Source: Hormiphora californensis
Taxonomy: Eukaryota; Animalia; Ctenophora
Direction: 5' to 3'
Length of the DNA: 64,000 nucleotides
Assembly (NCBI GenBank): GCA_020137815.1
Contig: CM035361.1
Coordinates: 3,224,001 to 3,288,000 of the forward strand
Part shown: piece after piece, positions 60,501-64,000 of the stretch
Layout of the letters: the number at the start of each line of letters is the position of its first letter
How positions within the stretch are numbered: the first letter of the stretch is position 1
Made by a program: the position numbers and the translations under genes
Notes under the pieces: generated by a model
What the model was told of the DNA's origin: nothing
Seen by the model: only the letters and a program-made list of their open reading frames with translations
The model's database searches: none

Positions 60501-60613
60501 AGTTCCAGGATATCGATTGCTTTGTTCCGCAGAGAAAAGCAGTTAAGGAGCCCAAACCTGAGCCTTCTGGACACAGTTAGTTTTTTGACATGTACTGGAG
60601 ACGGATGGGGCAT
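57515..60613 (-). CDS. LINE ORF2: apurinic endonuclease + reverse transcriptase (1032 aa, intact)
   Basis: LTETW, GDFN, PTH..G.TLDL, DH; YRPISNL, LLDLSAAFDTV, GVPQGSILGP, YADDTQLY. Confidence 0.97.
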   Translation of the reverse strand: MPHPSPVHVKKLTVSRRLRFGLLNCFSLRNKAIDILELAVDEDLDAFALTETWMKKDDGALCALFKEAGFNIVSHPRVGRGGGVALVTRRRTKTSKYCHKFKQFECLEVLLKEPTNTRIVVVYRPGTSGQFTAFLDELEDLFLKLAERKERCLICGDFNIHVEDNLDPQTRKFNELLNQFGWRNKVTGPTHIKGGTLDLILTQDIAPLSDTIGAPFRSSKLDEINEEHIPHLFHGMPDGIEVTEIESYPVPPAPDHYLVKCTAGIPLKMKDDEVLKKCRNFKEVDPANLRELIRNSKLSEALPADQEECVVLYNRTLQSITDKVAPEEEKRIKHPDQPQWIRTPTCQNARRIRRGAERRWRRARLKKTNPKKLVLKYHCWKSTSKFASKVLGNAKASFVSKKLERVKGNPKSTHRVVNSLLGKEKTPSTLPSKKEATPLATRFNEFFKAKVTKIYSVIEAEDVPTPTTQPEPITCTSSLTKFRPVTDEELARTIRDMNKKHCSLDPMPSSMVSDALPELIPVLSRIVNDSLTKGVFPKVFKEAIIRPSFKGKDLDSEELNSYRPISNLSFVSKVVEKCASLQLIEYLEANKLLPTKQSAYRKYHSCETATLKIFNDILLLMDSKSKVILLLLDLSAAFDTVKHTTLLDKLYNYYGIKQTALKWFKSYLIGRTSSVDTGDEMSPSIEIEIGVPQGSILGPILFIMYTREIQDIAGIYGLHVHMYADDTQLYISFDPANEDIIFEKIQDCLQHIKWWMKANYLKLNSGKTEIVVINNKADKSPNPTSIFLQKSDKIPTEPSTEARNLGVWFDQTFSMSSHVSRVIQSCWSQLANLWRIRKGLTVQLKTQLVHQLVHSRLDFGNGLLVGLSKRDLQRLQKVQNSATRFIYGSKGKRGVTEMRKKLHFLPVEQRIVFKVCLLVYKCIHGLVPEYLSDMIMRRQPKARKVRLDDDLTLVEKRHDTKYLTTQKAFSVCGPKIWNKLPKSLREVSSLETFKQMLKTHLFTVAYPDSNSGTNTVTQPRKSKAKILNPSCR

Positions 60614-61890
60614 TGCGGATCAGCTGCATTGTGAGTATGAGCAAATGATTGAATGGATGGGTTACGTGATTTAGAACAATTAGAACATTTAAAGGCAGAC
60701 CAATTTTTCTTGTTAGGGCATTCTCTGGCAGAGTGCTTCTCAGAACAACGGAAGCATGTTGGATCCTTCGCTTTACAATCACTCGCATAATGACCGAAAT
60801 TTTGACACTTAAAACATTGTTTTACAAATACTCGCTCTTCTACAAAACAGTTATAATTGCCAACATGAATAGAACCACTGCTAAGAATCAGATCACCAAC
60901 AGGTTTGCTGACCTTCAACCCAATAGTGGCTTCATTCTCATTTCGACTGTGCCTCTGAAACGACACAACAGACATCTTCTCTCCTCTTTCCAACAATTCA
61001 GCAACTCTTGGGTTAAGCTCACAAATAGAATCTAAAATCATCGTATCTGTCTCATCCCTGTCAGTAATGTGCTTAGCAATAAAAGAAACATCAGCACCTC
61101 GAATAGATAGTTTAGGCTCATGTACAAATTTTCTCATATCAACATTCACATTTTGAGATGCGACTTTTGTCACTGCCTCGTTCATTTCGTCAGCACTTTT
61201 GAACCAGTATTGTACTGATCCGTCTTTCTTATTCTTCTTATACTCAGTAGGAATCTTGGCAAGTACACCATTAGCACTGTTGATATCATTAGCTTCTCCG
61301 GATATAACAAGCCGTGCACTGCCCAAATGAGCCTCAGAATAAGGCACAGAATAGGGCACATTTGTTTGTCCATCAGCGGCTGCAATTGGCTCTTTTTGTT
61401 TAGCAACTTCGGTAGACACGGTTGATGTTATAACAGCAGCGATTTGTTCCTCAAATTTCCCTAGCATAGATTGCTCAAATGTTGCCAGTTTATCCTCAAG
61501 AATCCTCTGGGTTAAAGGGGAAGGCTCATCTTCATCCTTGTTGTTACAGGTAGGACAGAACCAAGCTAGACCCTCGTTCTGATTTATGAGGGCACACATT
61601 CTATCATCATCCAGTGTCTTAGAGCATGACTTGTTTCGGCACGTTATTGTATTGTCTCCGGTTAGAGTTGATGGGGCATTGGAGGACGCATCAGTTTGAG
61701 CCTCTACTAGATCTTTGGACAGTTTAAACGACTGCTTCAGTAGCTTCAGAAGGACTGCACGAGACGGATTGTCAGCCGGGGGTTTGTTGGTACCTTTTAG
61801 GACATAGGTTAGTAGTCCTTTTGCCTCTAGGTCATTCCCCAAGCTTATCACCTTATCGCTCAGCTTTATCATCTGCTCCTTGTTTATCAT
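60577..61890 (-). CDS. LINE ORF1 with partial PHD-like motif and three Cys/His knuckles
   Basis: WFCPTC; CFKCQNFGHYASDC, CFRCSEKHSAREC, CSNC...H....PQC. Met 61890 is conserved in the second copy, where the upstream ATG frame is closed. Confidence 0.9.
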   Translation of the reverse strand: MINKEQMIKLSDKVISLGNDLEAKGLLTYVLKGTNKPPADNPSRAVLLKLLKQSFKLSKDLVEAQTDASSNAPSTLTGDNTITCRNKSCSKTLDDDRMCALINQNEGLAWFCPTCNNKDEDEPSPLTQRILEDKLATFEQSMLGKFEEQIAAVITSTVSTEVAKQKEPIAAADGQTNVPYSVPYSEAHLGSARLVISGEANDINSANGVLAKIPTEYKKNKKDGSVQYWFKSADEMNEAVTKVASQNVNVDMRKFVHEPKLSIRGADVSFIAKHITDRDETDTMILDSICELNPRVAELLERGEKMSVVSFQRHSRNENEATIGLKVSKPVGDLILSSGSIHVGNYNCFVEERVFVKQCFKCQNFGHYASDCKAKDPTCFRCSEKHSARECPNKKNWSAFKCSNCSKSRNPSIQSFAHTHNAADPQCPIRLQYMSKN

Positions 61891-61955
61891 GACTATCGAT
61901 GTCGGTTTTCGTGTTATCTGCCCTTCGGGGCGGTCACATAGCATTCATCTTCCTG

Positions 61956-61997
61956 CTCAAATTAATTTGTTTAAAGTAGTGTTGAAAAGTTTGAAAC
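61956..61997 (-). other. Spliced-leader exon fused to the LINE 5' end
   Basis: GTTTCAAACTTTTCAACACTACTTTAAACAAATTAATTTGAG|CAGGAAGATG. Confidence 0.85.
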
Positions 61998-63451
61998 AGC
62001 CGAAAACTGTTTGGAGTCTTTGAGGTTTCGTGCCTTTCTGAGGAGCGCGAGGAGAGTCGCTCTCTTCTCCAGGGATACTAAGAGCGGTCTAGGGCGCTTC
62101 TCATTTCTTTCGCCGATGCGTTTTATCGTAGTCACTTGAAAGCGTGCACGGGCAACGGAGCAAACACGCTTCTGGCATTAGACTTAAAAGCTCAAATTCA
62201 AATTAAATTCAAATCGTGAAATTAAAACAACATCAGAAGCATTTTTCGAGTTCAAGTTCAAATCGGAAGTTAAAAGAAGAAGACAAAGAACCACTTTTCG
62301 GAAGTGAAACCACTTTTCGGAAGTGAAACTTTTGAATTTTTTAAAAAAACTGGCTTTTTTAAATTTATTAATCAAAATATGCGCGGCGCCTTCACTTAAT
62401 CGAATTTGCGCTGCCTTTTAAACGGTGCCCGCAAAAAATTCCAATAAACGATGCCAAAAACGGCGCGCATTCGTGGTTACCCTCGCCGCGTTGCTGGACG
62501 AGTTCACGTCGGATTTTTTGAAGTTGTCACCCCCCTTTTCGTGCGCGGAATGTTTTTGCGCGTCACATCACATGTTAACGTGTGGTGTGCGCGTCAAAAT
62601 TGATAAATTTCACATGCGCGGTCATTTTGGGGTGACAACTTCAAAAAATCACGTTTGGCACGACCAAAAATTTAAACTTGAACTTTTTAGTTGGAATGCG
62701 CTGCAGCCCCCTCATGCGCGCACCCCCGCAACGAGGGGACTGGAGGGAATGCCGCGCGCGCGTTTGGCCTGATCCCGGCTGGGTCGAAGATAACTTTGCG
62801 GTCGAAAAAACGGCGGTGCTTATAACTTTGGCTCCTGAAGTCCGTTTGACTTGATTCTTTCACCAGTTGTTAGATCTGACGATTATCTACCTTGCTGTTT
62901 TTGAGAGAAGTTAATTGGACTTAAGGAGGCTGAGCAATAGCCGTTGAAAGATGGGTTGTTTTCAAAAAGTGACGTCACAGATTCTTGCAGGGACACCTTT
63001 TTTAAAATTTCATTCAAATTTTGATTTTACCGCACTCGATTTTGCGGAGTTTGGTTCATATCTCCTGTTCCTGATAAGATAGAGACCTGAAACCGGTTGC
63101 ATTTGAAAGCTGTTATCTTCCTCTTTCCAACGCTACCAAAACGATTTCTGTACCTTATCTGGAACCGGAGATATGATTGATTATGTATTCCCCCCTAGCG
63201 CGGTATTCCCTCCAGGCCCCTTATATTATATTATAAGGGGCCTGCAACGTATGCCAAACTTTTTAGAAAACAGTTTTTGTCGCAAGTTTCTCTGACATGC
63301 GACACAGACTGAAGACCCCTCGTGTACCGACCTCTGTGGAACGACCACCGTAAAGTCCATTTTTATTCAACTGTTCACCCTCCAACTCGTGCGCGTACGA
63401 TATTTTAATTTACGCTGCGCGCGCTGCACGTTAACATGTGATAGACGCGCA

Positions 63452-64000
63452 AAACTTTCAACACTACTTTAAACAAATTAATTTGAGGAAGATGAATGCT
63501 ATGTGACCGCCCCGAAGGGCAGATAAACACGAAATCCCTGACATCGATAGTCATGAAGAACACGGAGAAGATGATAAAGCTGAGCGATCAGTTGGCAAGC
63601 CTGAAGAATGAACTAGAGGGAAAAGGACTGCTAACCTATGTCGTAAAAGGTACTCACAAGCCCGCTTCCGACAACCCAACGCGTGGAGTCCTGTTAAAGC
63701 TCCTAAAAAAGGCATATAAACTGTCCGAAGAGCTAGTAAATGCCCAAACTGACGCGTTCTCCAATGCACCATCAACTGTAACTGGAGAAACTACAATCAC
63801 GTGCCGTAACAAGTCGTGTCCTAAGACGCTGGATGATGACAGAATGTGTGCCCTTATAAACCAGAACGAGGGTCTGGCTTGGTTCTGTCCTGCCTGTAAT
63901 AACAAGAACGATGAGCCATCCCCTCTAACACAGAGGATTCTTGAGGATAAACTGGCGACATTTGAGCAATCAATGCTAGGGAAGTTTGAGGAACAAATCG
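63452..64000 (+). mobile_element. Second LINE of the same family (diverged subfamily): SL 63452-63487, ORF1 from 63553 runs off the window
   Basis: AAACTTTCAACACTACTTTAAACAAATTAATTTGAG|GAAGATG. MKNTEKMIKLSD...WFCPAC is homologous to the ORF1 at 61890. Confidence 0.9.

Larger units (their letters stand above)
56792..61997 (-). mobile_element. Full-length L2-clade LINE with SL at its 5' end
   Basis: SL 61997-61956, ORF1, ORF2, 3'UTR, then GCGGGATATAAA + (TAT)n tail. Confidence 0.92.
42763..62136 (-). mobile_element. ORF1-only non-autonomous LINE derivative C (pieces 62136-61998, 55687-55637, 42992-42763), host of a 19-kb nest
   Basis: The pieces rejoin to VTTIKRIGERNEKRPRPLLVSLEKRATLLALLRKARNLKDSKQFSAV/SPDLTPSELKEQKALR/STLKRIRSEDPDGCYFIRNNVIQVG*, then a ~145-nt 3'UTR and (TAT)n tail. 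TGAAA flanks at 42758-62 and 62137-41. Empty site at ~6600-6610. Confidence 0.85.

Noticed and set aside
61891-61944. Upstream ATG as the ORF1 start
   Set aside because: The equivalent frame hits a stop after 9 codons in the second copy; only the downstream Met is conserved.
42763-62136. Whole retroelement train produced by one chain of template jumps
   Set aside because: Element C pieces flank the others and B has its own 8-bp TSD, so at least B is a separate nested insertion.

Overview
Eukaryotic, intron-rich animal DNA, most likely a ctenophore (Pleurobrachia-like). This call rests on four genomic copies of a sequence I recognise from memory as the ctenophore trans-spliced leader (SL; ...AACTTTTCAACACTACTTTAAACAAATTAATTTGAG). 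Host genes: the 3' part of an Ig+sushi gene, DDX49 (N-terminal half, one frameshift), TXNL4A/DIM1, a CAP-domain type I membrane protein, and a ~20 kb minus-strand gene (Cys-rich GCC2/3 repeats plus two kringles). One 7.5 kb intron of that gene hosts two antisense paralogues with patch-wise hypervariable domains. The right half is a multi-level nest of transposons, resolved by TSDs and by an inverted paralogous copy that provides empty sites. Main candidate for an undescribed system: retroelements that pass through SL trans-splicing. Two L2-clade LINEs start exactly at an SL, at alternative acceptors (SL-CAG-GAAG versus SL-GAAG), with no conventional long 5'UTR. Two SL-capped hammerhead-core (Penelope-like) RNAs were retro-copied head-to-head. 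Three ORF1-only non-autonomous LINE derivatives are nested sense-into-sense, with swapped 3' tails. Also notable: a pogo transposon carrying a RanBP2 zinc-finger microgene and a tandem intron-exon array, an insertion whose GT/AG ends would splice out perfectly, and repeated tandem duplication of splice sites.
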